Source of the DNA: the human T2T-CHM13v2.0 reference genome, Homo sapiens
Assembly (NCBI RefSeq): GCF_009914755.1
Contig: NC_060947.1
Strand: one strand, 5' to 3'
DNA length: 64,000 nucleotides
Position numbers and translations under genes: made by a program. Positions 46,007 to 61,068 of this stretch are shown one piece after another. Positions within the stretch are counted from its first letter, which is position 1; each line of letters begins with the position of its first letter. The notes beneath the pieces were generated by a model. It was not told the DNA's origin. It saw nothing but the letters and a program-made list of their open reading frames with translations, and did no database searches.

Positions 46007-46609
46007 CCCTTCAACTTTTTGTTTTACATGAGTCCCAAATAATTCATAGTGTTGTGTCTTTTTTTCCACCAATACAACGCTAATTTTCACTCCAAATGTA
46101 ATAGGTATTGCAGCTAACTGTTGTTTTGTCATGCAAGGATTTGGTTTCTCTGTAAAACTAGGGACTTTCCATTGCTTCCATGGGTTAAAAAAAATGCAGA
46201 AAAGTTAGAATAGCTGCCATCACTTTAGGGAGAATCTGCATATCAGCAATTGCAAAACATTGCTTGAAGTCTCCTTCAAGTCTGGATGTTCTAGCTTTAC
46301 AGCTTCTTCTTTAAGGAAACATATACTCTTCTACTTTGGAAACCAGTTGCTTATTCCGACTCTTTTAGAAAGCCAAGTTGGGAACTAGCAACAGGACTAT
46401 GGGAAAGGAGGCTACTTAGATCTGCCTAGTCTAGGGAAAATACAGAGTCCTCTTGGCTCTGTCAGGTTTAGCCTAGCTCACTAGGACTAGAGTTCAACAG
46501 TAAGATTTCGTCATCAGGCCTTTCATTTCCTCACACTACTCCCTCTGCATGTATTTCCCTCTTGGACTTCACAGGCTGAGAATAGGATTTTAGGATCTTG
46601 TGTGTAGGC

Positions 46610-46775
46610 TCTCCTCTGTTCTCTTCTCTTTTATCCTTTTCTCTTCCTTATTCCATTTCTTTCCCTTCCCTGACATCTCCTCACCTCCCCTCCCTTCCAC
46701 ACTTCTCCTTTCCTCATTTTTCTTCTCTTTCCTTTTGCTCTTTCACCTTTTTCTCTCTGCTCCTTTCTCTTCCAT
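46610..46775. repeat. CT-rich low-complexity tract
   Basis: About 165 nt, mostly pyrimidine on the + strand. Confidence 0.85.
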
Positions 46776-47129
46776 TTGTTCTGATTACAGCAGTGGCATG
46801 TTAACACATCCTTGTCTTGAATAGAGATCCTTGACTTCTTGAGACTATTCTCCAAAAATAGAACAGATTCCAAGATCCTATCACTCCCTTTCTACTCAGT
46901 ACCATGGCCACATCTTTCCAACTCCTAAAAATAAATTCCCCAGTGGTAGATCCCTGCACTCTGTGGCTCAAGGAGGCAGCTGGCTAAACTGAGGTCTAAG
47001 CTAAACTTTACATTAATGAAGAATGGTCAACTGGTGAAGGAGAAAATGGATAAAATTGACTATGCCATTTTCTAAATCTGTGACCTTAGCTGTGTCACTT
47101 AACCTTTCTGGATCTTACTTTCCTCATAT

Positions 47130-47136
47130 GATAGAT

Positions 47137-47179
<43 letters not shown>
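47130..47179. repeat. (GATA)n tetranucleotide STR
   Basis: GATA GAT (GATA)10 GAT. Confidence 0.95.
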
Positions 47180-48009
47180 TCCCTATACTTCCTGAATCTA
47201 TGACCTTAGCTATGCCACTTAACTTTTCTGGATCTTACTTTCCTCATATGACAGATAGGGAAGGGGGATTTGGCAACAACAACAAAAACCTCTAAGTGGT
47301 TTTCTAACTGTAGTCTACAGATCTCTGAAGCCAGCACACTTCACTTCAATTTGTTTTTTGTTTATCTGTTGTATAAAGAGGTTCTAAGTAAAACTACATT
47401 GGAACCAAACGTATAACCACTAAAAACATTTTTAACTACTTACCCAGATAGTTTTTGAGGGCCAATCCAATCCTAACATGTTTTCATCAGGGAATAGAAG
47501 CTGATTTCAGAAGAATGAGCACATTTTTGGTTGACTTACCCAAAGGATAAATTTAATAAGTGGGAATTTCCGTCTGAGTAGCCCAGTCAAGCCATGACTG
47601 GAACGACTGGTGAGAAATATATTTGAGGGTCACTCTGTGGTCATTAACAAATCATCCTAAGCCTATGACCTCTCTTGCCCTTGTGTCATGCATTTCATAG
47701 ATATTGAGCTGATCATAAGTTGTCTCCCTCACATTGGATAGTCATTTGTGAGGGCCTCATATGTGATAGGCTCATGGGTCAGGGGTAGAGGTGATATTAC
47801 AAAAAGTTCATAGATTGACTCAGTTATTAGAAGAACACTTTGAGGTATCACATTCTTACTTTACAGTAAGAAAAGTAAAGCTCAGAGGGATGAAGAGATT
47901 TGCCTAAATCACATTTATTCCTTTGTAATTTATTCAACACAAAAATTCATACAACTGGTAAGTGGTGGATCTGAGATGCAAATCTATTTCTGCCTTGCCT
48001 AACAATATC

Positions 48010-48950
48010 ATTTGTTACCTGATAAGTTCTCTGATTTTCACTTGCCTAGATCTCTTATCTATCCCTTTCTCCCTGTTCCTACAGCTACTGTCTTAATTCA
48101 GACTCTCATAATTTATCTTCTGGACCCTTCCAATTGCCCATTCCAAATGCCAAACAAGAGTTCTTGGCATCTTGTCTCTCACTTCTCCAATCTATTCTTC
48201 ACCTAGTTCAGTAATCTTTATATAACAAAAAATCTAACCATGTCACTTCCCTACCTAAACATTCCCAAAATCTCCCATTGTCTTTAGAGAGAAGTCCAAA
48301 CTCAACGTGAAACATAATACCACCCAGTTGTTTTAATGCCCAAAGCCTTAGAGTCATTCTTGATTTCTCTTCTTCCTTTACCACCATATCCATCAGTAAG
48401 TTCTGTCAACTGGATATTTAAAACATATTCTGAATCTGTGCACATCACACCACATTCACGGCTATGACCTCTGGCTGAGCTGCTACAATATCTGCCGCCT
48501 AGACTGTTGCAATAGCCTCCAGACTGGTCACCCTGCTTCACTCTGCCTCCTTACCATCTACTCTGCACACAATAGCCAGAGTAGTCTTTTTATTATTTTT
48601 AAATGTTTTACAGAGTATTCTTTTTAAAATGCAAGCCAGATCATGATATTCACTGGCTGAATACCTCTAATGGCTTCCTTTTAAATTCAGAGAAAATAAA
48701 CTACAAGATCTTAAATAATATGCCCCCTCTTCCTGCTCTCTCTTTGCTGTTCCTCAAACACACTAAGTTTACTCCCATCTTAGGGCTTTCCCTAAGCAGT
48801 TACCTCTGCCAATAAATGGTATTATAATCTAGTGTCCTATGACTGGTTTCTTTTCATCATTTAGGTCTCAGCTTAAATGTCACTTCCTCAGAGTCCTTCC
48901 TGGACTATCCAAGTTAAGGTTCGCCCAGTCAGTCCACCATGTCACATGAT
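48010..48950 (+). mobile_element. L2 fragments
   Basis: tctaaccatgtcacttccctacctaaa; ctagactgttgcaatagcctcc; ttaggtctcagcttaaatgtcacttcctcagag. Confidence 0.8.
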
Positions 48951-49511
48951 TTCATTCTTTGAACGTTTTCCACTACAGAATTTGCCAGGAGTAGTTAACT
49001 ATTCTTCTCTACCAGAATTTCTTCTTCCAAGCAACTGGAGACTCACTATTTATGGTTGTGTAAAGTTAGCAGATGTATTCAAGCCTGTAGTATATCAGAT
49101 CCAAATATCTAACGGATGACATAGATCCAGCCATCTTCCATCACTTCCTTCTTTGCCTGGCCCACCAGGACCTTGTTATTCACTCCATAGCACCATGCCC
49201 AACCCCATAAATATAATAAGGAATACTGGACCACATTGTGGAAGAACTTCTCTACTTCTATAAGCATCCATGGGCAACACCAATATCCAGTTCAATTGAT
49301 ATATGTAGAAGAATGATCATGGAAAGCTGTCCCCTCCCAACTCAACAACACCCAGAAAAATGTTAAGACTTTCCAATAGGTAAATTCAGGGACACCCCTA
49401 TCTTGATCCTCCAGAGGAATAGAGTAATTGTGGTGCAGTAGTAGAGAGATGTGTTTATTCTACCTCAAGTTCTTTAAGCTGGGTCATCCTATCCATCCAT
49501 CATATACCCCT

Positions 49512-49778
49512 ACATATTCTGAATCTGTGCACATCACACCACATTCACAGTTATGACCTCTGGCTGAGCTGCTACAATATCTGCCGCCTAGACTGTTGCA
49601 ATAGCCTCCAGACTGGTCACCCTGCTTCACTCTGCCTCCTTACCATCTACTCTGCACACAATAGCCAGAGTAGTCTTTTTATTATTTTTAAATGTTTTAC
49701 AAAGTATTCTTTTTAAAATGCAAGCCAGATCATGATATTCACTGGCTGAATACCTCTAATGACTTCCTTTTAAATTCA
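49512..49778 (+). repeat. 267-bp direct copy of 48423-48689
   Basis: Direct comparison gives 4 mismatches by my count. Confidence 0.95.
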
Positions 49779-50099
49779 TAAAGCAAACTTCCAGCCCAAT
49801 TTGGTTCTAAGAAATCACTCAGCACTTAATACTGTCTCCTCTCCACTGTTTCTGAATTGGTCTCATGTTCTGATAACTTCAGTACCTGCTCTGGCCCTCT
49901 TCACCCGTGGTAATAAATTTCTATAACCAAAGAAACCACATCTTCTGCCAGGCTAGCCCCTTTTCATTTTCAGATAAATTGGGCTGCAAGGTTTAATTTA
50001 TAAATTATGCCTGGGGCTTGGCCACATATAAAGTGATCAGCAATCTGCATAATTAACTTGACTTCCAAATCATGCTAACCTCGCATTCCCTAGAATACT

Positions 50100-50230
50100 A
50101 TATAGCCTTATGGTCAGACTGAGCTGAGTTCAAATTCTTGCTCTGCCACTAACTAGCCATGTGCCTGTGGACAAGTGACTTAACCTCTCTGAGCCTCAAT
50201 TTATTCATCTATAAGATGTGAATTCAATAG
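50100..50230 (+). mobile_element. MIR
   Basis: gagttcaaattcttgctctgccactaactagccatgtg...gacttaacctctctgagcctcaattt. Confidence 0.75.
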
Positions 50231-51679
50231 AAAAACAAAGTTGAACTGTGTTGTTATGCACTATAAGCCTTCCTTCCCCTCATGCTAACCATTGACTTGA
50301 CAGCAACTCTATTTAATATACACAACTGGGTCCAGTAATGGCAACTCTCATCCAGCCCCAGGAGGCTGGTATCAAACAGACCCTGGCTCATTATTCTCCT
50401 CCATCTCTTCCCGCAATCAGTTTGTGAATTCTGAGCTCTGAAGACAATAACCCTGAATTACATCTAGGAACCAGAATTCACTCCTAACTTTCCAAATAAG
50501 ACCAGCCAAAGATGCTCCTATCTCACACACAATATAAGGAAATTATCCAGGGTGACCATATCTACCATCTATTTGACAATTGTTCTTCTGGCCTGTATGT
50601 ATTTTTAGGTCTAGATGCTGGGACTTCAGCATGTGAGAGGCCCTGTGGCACACTGAGAAGATCATAGAAACTTTAGAGTAAGAGAGCCCTGATTAAAATC
50701 CTGTCCTAATAGCTATAGGTCAAGAAGCAAGGGTAATTTCTTACCCTCTTTAAAACTTAGTTTCCTCTAAGATTCCAGTGATTTAGCCCATAATGTGTTC
50801 TTAATAAATACAAGGTTTCTCCTCATCCCTCCTCTCAAGGAGGAAATGGTTGGCATTAATCTAAATTTTGGAAGATGGGGTGATGGGAGGTGGTTGGTGA
50901 ATTTGCCCTTAGAAATATAAGGAGAACTTCTGGAATTCAAAGAGGCTGCCAGAAGTATTACAATAGGAGTCAGAGTGTGAAACAAGGACCCAGGTATACA
51001 CAAGACAATTAGATTCCTTTGGCCCTCTTTGCATAATTCCTTTCTGGTTTCCTTGCAGTGTCCCTTCTTTCTTTTTCCTACAGTGTTCTCTCATTTTGAC
51101 TCCCTGTTTCCAAACAACACCCCGCCCTCCCCCACCCACACACACATACAATGAATAACAGTAAAACCCTACAAGCACAAAAAGTTTCTCTTGAAGAAAG
51201 CAACAAAGAGAAGGATCATCTCACTCCCAACTCTGGGAGAGTGGTGTCTTGAGAGACAGAGTGGTAGGGGAAGTTTGAAAAAGAGAAAAGCAAGCGAAGT
51301 CCTTAGGGCCTGTGACAAGGAAGAGAAGGGGAATTTGACCAAGGAAGTGGTGGCTGAGGGCAGTCAATCTGATTTAAAATATGTTGTGTCCTCCCTGCCT
51401 ACCTGTGGACCACAGAGCAACAGACCAAAAGATACTCATATCTTTGGCCAGAAACCACAGTTTAACATATTTATGCATATTCATGAGGCAAAACCACTCC
51501 TCAACACACTGTATTCTTATTCCTATTGGAGTAGTAAGTACGTGTTCCTTTCCCATTTCTCCTGCTGATACCTCAGCCAATTCCTGAGCCTTTTTCCATG
51601 CTACAATTCAACCCAGAAAGACAATTTTAATTGCCAATTTATCTCAGACAACATCTCTCTACTCAGCTATAGAAGGCAA

Positions 51680-52325
51680 CAACATTTAGTGAAAATATTT
51701 GAATAATGGGACTTTGCCTCAAATCTAAGTTTTGCTACTTAATAGGTATATAAACTTGGGCCAGATCCTTCACCTCTCTAAACCTTCATTTCTGGGTTTA
51801 TAAAATTGGAATTTTGGTATATTCTTTACAGAGTTCTTGTAAGGACCGAATAAAATGGGGCTTATAAATGATTTGGCAAATGATGAATGACTGAATGAAT
51901 ACATGTTAATTTACCTCTCCATCACACAAAGGAGTTGTGAAACTTCAGAACACAGGCTACCATAGTTTGTGACTCAATCAGTCAAGCCCTATGGTTAAAG
52001 CATAGCATTTGTACCCAGTATACCTGGGTTTGAATCCTAACCCTATTGCTTATTAGTTTTTTCAACTCTTAAACAGGGATGATGATTATGATGATAATAC
52101 TAGTAGCTATCCCATGTGAGATTTAAATGAATTAATATGTGTTAATGCTTAGAATGGTATAAAGCACATAGTATGTAATCAATAATTGTTACTGTTCTCA
52201 TTCTCCTACTAGAATGTAAACTCCATAAGAGTAGGAATTTTGGTCTGCTTTATTCACCACTGTTTCCCAGCAAATGAAACATCGTGGGTACTTGGTATAT
52301 ATTTATTGAATGAATGAGTGAGTCA
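51680..52325 (+). mobile_element. MIR fragments and an L2 3' end
   Basis: MIR cores at about 51720 and 52020; ctactagaatgtaaactccataagag...tatttattgaatgaatga. Confidence 0.7.
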
Positions 52326-52939
52326 AACTCACTTAATCTCCTCCACCCCCTCCCAAGTTTGTTGACTAGATTTCAGTATTTGATACAGACTAGTAATATG
52401 AAAGTTCAGAGCAACAGAAGGCATCCCAGTCCCTAGCCCTTTTCTCACTTCCAGCTTAGCCAACATGCACCTGTCCACATCCCTCACTGGGTCCTCTTTT
52501 TGACAAGGTAGATTGCTTCTAGTTTGAGTATCAGGATATTTCAAAAGCTATTGTGTTTCCCTTTCTCTGGGTATTAACTGGGAGTTAGTAGGCTAAGACT
52601 CTGTCCTGGACATATCAATTTTAATGTCTCTCACACATGTAGCCTTTCTTAAGAAAACTGCCTTGCTGAAAGCCTTAATGAGGGGCATCGTTAGGCAGCC
52701 ATGCTTTGAACTACACGATGTGCCCCCTCCCACTTCAGCCACAAATAATAGGACAAAAATAAACACTTAGCTAAGGGAAGACAATCCATACATAGTCTGA
52801 CTGGTGACAAGTCATTAATGATGTAATCTAGAATTATGAGATAATCTAACACAATCACGTTCTCTCATAGGAATTTGAGTTGAGAAGTTCCTGCTGATAC
52901 CTGCCATTTTGCTCTGCCTCTCCATCACTCACAGTTTCC

Positions 52940-53238
52940 AGAATCTGCTTCTGGCGAGGGCTTCATGAAGCTTATAATCATGATAGAAGATGAAGGGGAA
53001 ACTGGTATATCACATGACAAGAGAAGGAGCAAGCAAGACAGGAGAGAGGTGCCATAATCTTTTAAACAACCAGATCTTGTGTGAACTCATTACCACTCAT
53101 TACTCCAAGGAGGGCACCAAGCCATTTATGAGGAATCCACCCCATGACTAAAAGACCTCCCACCAGACCACACTTTCAACATTGGGAGTCACATTTCAAC
53201 ATGAGATTTGGAGGGGACAAATACCCAAACCTTATTAA
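52940..53238 (-). mobile_element. MSTB-like LTR fragment within older MLT1-like sequence
   Basis: tctgcttctggcgagggcttcatgaagctt...gagatttggaggggacaaatacccaaacctta. Confidence 0.75.
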
Positions 53239-53730
53239 GAGAAGAAAGCAGTCAGCAGCAGGAACTAAGGATGAAAGGTCATTGTGTAGACAGATTCAAA
53301 GGGCTATGGCAGGCCAAGTAATCTAGTTAGGAGAGAGTACAAAATATGAGAAAGTAAAAGCTAGTAGTAAAGCAAATGTGTAGATAAAAGGAAAATGGAG
53401 CAGATACTAGGTCATATTCATAGCAGCACACAGCAGATCATATTATCTAGTGCTTCTATAAAGAATGACTAGAGAAGGTAGTTAGAACAAAATCATCTGT
53501 TTGAAAACAACAGAGAACTGCTGAGGCAACAAAAACTAGAGGTGCTAATACTACAGAGGAAAAAGTACTTTGAAGAGGTAAGCAGAATTTGTTATCTGCT
53601 TTTATCTCGAGATAAATTTGTTTTATCCCAAATTTGTTATCCACTTTTATCTTGGGATACATGCCTATTCTGGACATGCACAGAAGAATGGGAATCCAGG
53701 ATTTTCATAGTAGGGAGTTTCTTCTAGACG

Positions 53731-53992
53731 TGATATGGTTTGGATATTTGTCCCCTTCAGATCATGTTGAAATGTGACTCACAGTGTTGGAGGTGAGGTC
53801 TGGTGGAAGGTGTTTGGGTTATGGGGGTGGATCGCTCATAAATGGCTTCATGCCCTACCCAGAGTAACGAGTGCTAATGAGTTCGTGCAAGAGCTGTTGT
53901 TTTAAAATTATGGCACCTCCCTCCTCTCTCTCTTGTTCCCACTCTCACCATGTGACACGCCAGCTTCCTGTACAGCTTTCAAAACTGTGAGT
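53731..53992 (+). mobile_element. MST LTR, interrupted at its 3' end by L1
   Basis: tgatatggtttggatatttgtcccc...gcttcctgtacagctttcaaaactgtgagt. Confidence 0.85.
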
Positions 53993-56900
53993 GATGCAGA
54001 GGCAGAGCAAGATGGCATAATATAAGGCTTCACCTCTTGTCACCCCCCACCCTGTAAGGACACCAGTTTAACAATGATCTACACACACACACACACAAAA
54101 ACACCTTCATCAGAACCAAAAGTCAGGAGGGCACTCACAGTACCTGGATTTAACTTCACATCACTGAAAGAGGCACTGAAGAGGTAGAAAAAAGAGTTTT
54201 AAATTCCTAGTTCTATGCCTCCCCCACCCCCTAGTAGTGACGGCATGGTGCAGAGTATCTCACTGTGCTGAGGGAGGGACAGTGCAGTAATTGTGAGCAT
54301 TGAATTCAGTGCTGTCTTGTTAGAACAGAAAGGAAAACCAGACCAAACTCAGCTGATGCCTGCCCACAAAAGAAGCATTTAAGTCAGCCCTAGCCAGAGA
54401 AAAATTGCCGATTCCGACAGTCCAATATTGACTTTCACAAGCATCACACTGTGGGCTAATGAGCTCTGGGGCTCCAAATAAACACAAAAGGCAGTCTAGG
54501 CCATAAGGACTACAACCCCTTGGTAAGTCCTAGTGCCAAACTGGGCCCAGAGACAGTGGAATGAGGGGCACAGAGCCTATTGAGAGACAAGTTGGGGCTG
54601 CTAAGACAGTGATGGCATCACCCTTCCCTAACTCCAGGCTGCATAGCTTGCAGCTCTAAAGGAGACCCTTCCTTCTGCCTGAGGAAAGGAGAGGGTAGAG
54701 TGGGGAGGACTTTGTCTTACCTCTTGGATGCCAGCTCAGCCACAGCAGGATGGGACACCAGTTAAATCCTTGAGCCCCTGTTCCAAGCCCTAGTTCCTGG
54801 ACAATAATACTAGACACACACTGGGACAGAAGGGAAACCACTGCCTTAAAGGGAAAGAATCTGTCCTGGCAGCATTCATCACTGCAAACTGAAGAGCTCT
54901 TGGGCCCTGAATAATGAGCAGCCATATCCAGGTATTACATCAAGGGCTTTGGGTGAGAGCCTGAGGCTTCTGGCTTAAGGCGAGACTCAGCACATTCATG
55001 TAAGTGCTGGCTATGGGATGAGACTCCTTCTGCTTGCAAAAAGCAGAGGAAAAAGTAAAAGAGACTTTCTATTGCACCTCAGGTAACAGCTCAGCCATAG
55101 GGTGGTAGAGCACCAAGAGGGCTCTTGGGATCCCTGATTCCACGATTTGGTTCTTGGATGGTATTCTGGACCTACTCTGGGCCAGAGGGGAATCTATCAT
55201 CCTGAAATGGGAGTCCCAGGCAAGGCATCATTCACCACAAGCTGATGGAAGAGCCCTTGGAAGTATTCCTTATTGGCCTGTGGTGGTGGTTCTGCCTTCA
55301 GAAAGGGGAGAAAAGAGTAGGAAGGACCGCATCTAGTGCTTTAGTGTCAGCTCAGCCATAGTACACCAGGTATACTTCTATAATTTTTGAATCTAGTCCC
55401 TGGCTTGCAGACGTCACCAATGGACCCACCTAAGGACTTGGGGAACTCACCAGTCTAAAGGGAAGGACACAGGCCTGGCCAGCCTTGGAGCCTTGGAACC
55501 TGCTGGTTGTAGAGCCCCAGGACCTTGAGAAAACATAGGTGGTAACCAGGGAGTATTTACAGCAGACCTTTGGCAAGACTTGGTGCTGTGCTGGCTTCAG
55601 GTCTGAACCAGTGCAGTCTTAGTGGTGATGGCCACAGGTGTGCTTGTTTCACTCCACCCACAGGTTTAGGTGGCTCAGAACAAGGAGAGAGATGACAACT
55701 GGAAGAAAGCAAGGGAAGAGAATAAGAGTCTCGGCCTGGTAATCCAGAGACTTCTCCTGAATCCTGTCCAAGACAATCAAGAGAGTACCGCTAAGGGTCT
55801 GCAAGAACCACTGTGTTACTGGGCTGAGGGTGCCTTCTAAAGCAGATACCGTTTAGATTACAGCACCCAAGTCCTTTTGAATATCTGGAAAGCTTTCGCA
55901 AGTAGGATGAGTATAAACAAGCCAAGACAGTGAAAACAACAGTAAATACCTAACTCTTCAATTCCCAGACACTGAAGAACATCTACTAGTAGCAACACCA
56001 TCCAGGAAAACATGGCTTCACCAAATGAACTGAATAAGGTGCCACAAATGAATCCTGGGAAATAGAGATAACTGACCTTTCAGATAGAATTCATAATAGC
56101 TGTTTTGAGGAAATTCCAAGAAATTAAACATAACACAGAGAAGAAATTTAGAATTCTGTGTGATAAATTTAACAAAGAGACTGAAATAATTAAAAAGAAC
56201 CAAGCAGAAACTCTGGAGCTGAAAAACTGAATAGGCTTACTGAAAAATGCGTCACAGTCTCTTAATGGCAGGATGGATTAAGCAGAAGAAAAAATTAGTG
56301 AGCTTGAAGACAGGGCTATTTGAAAATGCACAGTCAGAGGAGACAAGAGGAAAAAAAGAATACCAAACAATGAGGCACACTAACAGGATCTAGAAAATAG
56401 CCTCAAAAGGGCAAATCTAAGAGTTATTGGCCTTATAAAGGAGGCAGAGAAAGAGATAGGGTTAGAAAGTTTATTCAAAGGGATAATAACAGAGAACTTC
56501 TCAAACCTAGGAAAAAATATATCAATATGCAATTACAAGACAGATATAGAACACCAAGCAGATTTAACCCAAAGAAGACTACCTCAAGGCCTTTAATAAT
56601 AAAACTTCCAAAGATCAAGGATAAAGAAAGGATACTAAAAGTAGCAGGACAAAAGAAACAAATAACATACAATAGAGCTCCAATATTTCTGGCAGAAGAC
56701 TTTTCAGTGGAAACCTAACAGGCCAGAATAGAGTGGCATGACATATTTAAAGTACTGAAGGAAGAAAACTTTCTCCCTAGAATAGAATATCTGGCAAAAA
56801 TATCCTTCAAACATGAAGGAGAAATAAAGACTTTTCCAGCCAAACAAAAGCTAAGGGATTTCACCAATATCAGACTGTCCTACAAGAAATGCTAAAGGGA

Positions 56901-57272
56901 GTACTTCAACCACAAAGAAAAGGACATTAATGAGCAGTAAGAAATCACCTGAAGGTAGAAAACTCACTGGTAAGTAACAGTAAGTACAGAAAAACACAGA
57001 ATACTATAACACTGTAAATGTGGTGTGTAAACTATCTTATTGTAAGCAGAAAGACTAAACACTAAACCAATAAAAAATAACAACCACAACTTTTCAAGAA
57101 ATAGTACATTAAGATATAAATAGAATCAACAAGAAGTAAAAAGCAAGATGATGGTGCTAAGTAGTAGATTTTTTACTAGTTTTTCTTTTGCTTCTTTATT
57201 TGTTTGTTTGTTTAGGCAAAAGGTGTTAAGTTGTTATCAGTTAAAAATAATAGGTTATAAAATAGTATTTCC

Positions 57273-59928
<2,656 letters not shown>

Positions 59929-61068
59929 TAAAATAGTATTTCCAAGCCTCATGGTAACCTCAAGCAAAAAAAAATAAAAAACATACAATGGTGCCAAAAA
60001 AACTGAAAAGTAAGAAGCTAACTTCTATCACCAGAGAAAATTATCTTCACTAAAGAAAGACAGGAAGCAAATAAAGAAAGAAACGAAAAACACAAAACAA
60101 CCAGAAAACAAATAACAAAATGGCAGGAGTAACTCCTTACTTACCAACAATAGCACTGAATGTAAATGAACTAAACTCCACGTAGACAGGCTGAATAGAT
60201 GAAAAAAAAAAAAGATGCATTGATTTGTTGCTTTCAAGAAACACACTTTACCTATAAAGACACCCATAGACCAAAAATAAATGGATGGAAAAAGATAGTC
60301 CATGTTAATGGAAACCCAAAAAAGTAGGAGACATTATACATATATCAGACAAAATGGATTTTAAAACAAAAACTCTAAGAAGAGATAAACAAGGTCACTA
60401 TACAATGATAAAGGGGTCAATTCAGCAAGAAAGTATAACAATTTTAAATATATATGCATCCAACACTGGAGCACCCAGATATAATAAGGAATTATTATTA
60501 GAGCTAAAGAGAAAGATAGGCTCCAATGCAACAGTAGCTGGAGACTTCAACACTGCACTCTCAGCATTGGACAGATATCCAGACAGGAAATCAACAAAGA
60601 AAGATGAGATTTAATCTGCACTATAGACCAAATGGATCTAACACATATTCACAGAATATTTCATACAATGGCTACAGAATACACATTCTTTGCCTCGGCA
60701 TATGGATCATTCTAAAGGATAGACCATATGTTAGGTCACAAAACAAGGTATAAAACATTCAAAAAATGTAAATAATATCAAGCATCCTCTCTGTCTATAA
60801 TGGAATAAAACTAGAAATCAATAATGAGAGGAGTTTGAAAACTATAATAAATACATAAAAATCAGACAATATGTTCCTGAATGTCCAGGGAGTCAATGAA
60901 CAAATTAAGAAAGAAATTTAAAAAATTATTGAAACAAATGATAATGGAAACATAACATACCAAAACCTATGATATACAGCAAAAACAATACTGAGGTAAC
61001 CTTATAGCTATGAGTATTTACATCAAAAAACAAGAAAAACTGCAAATAAAGAATCTAATGATGCGTCT

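Noticed and set aside
48960-49510. Possible pseudogene or ERV fragment between the L2 duplicates
   Set aside because: No protein similarity that I can recognise; needs BLASTX or Dfam
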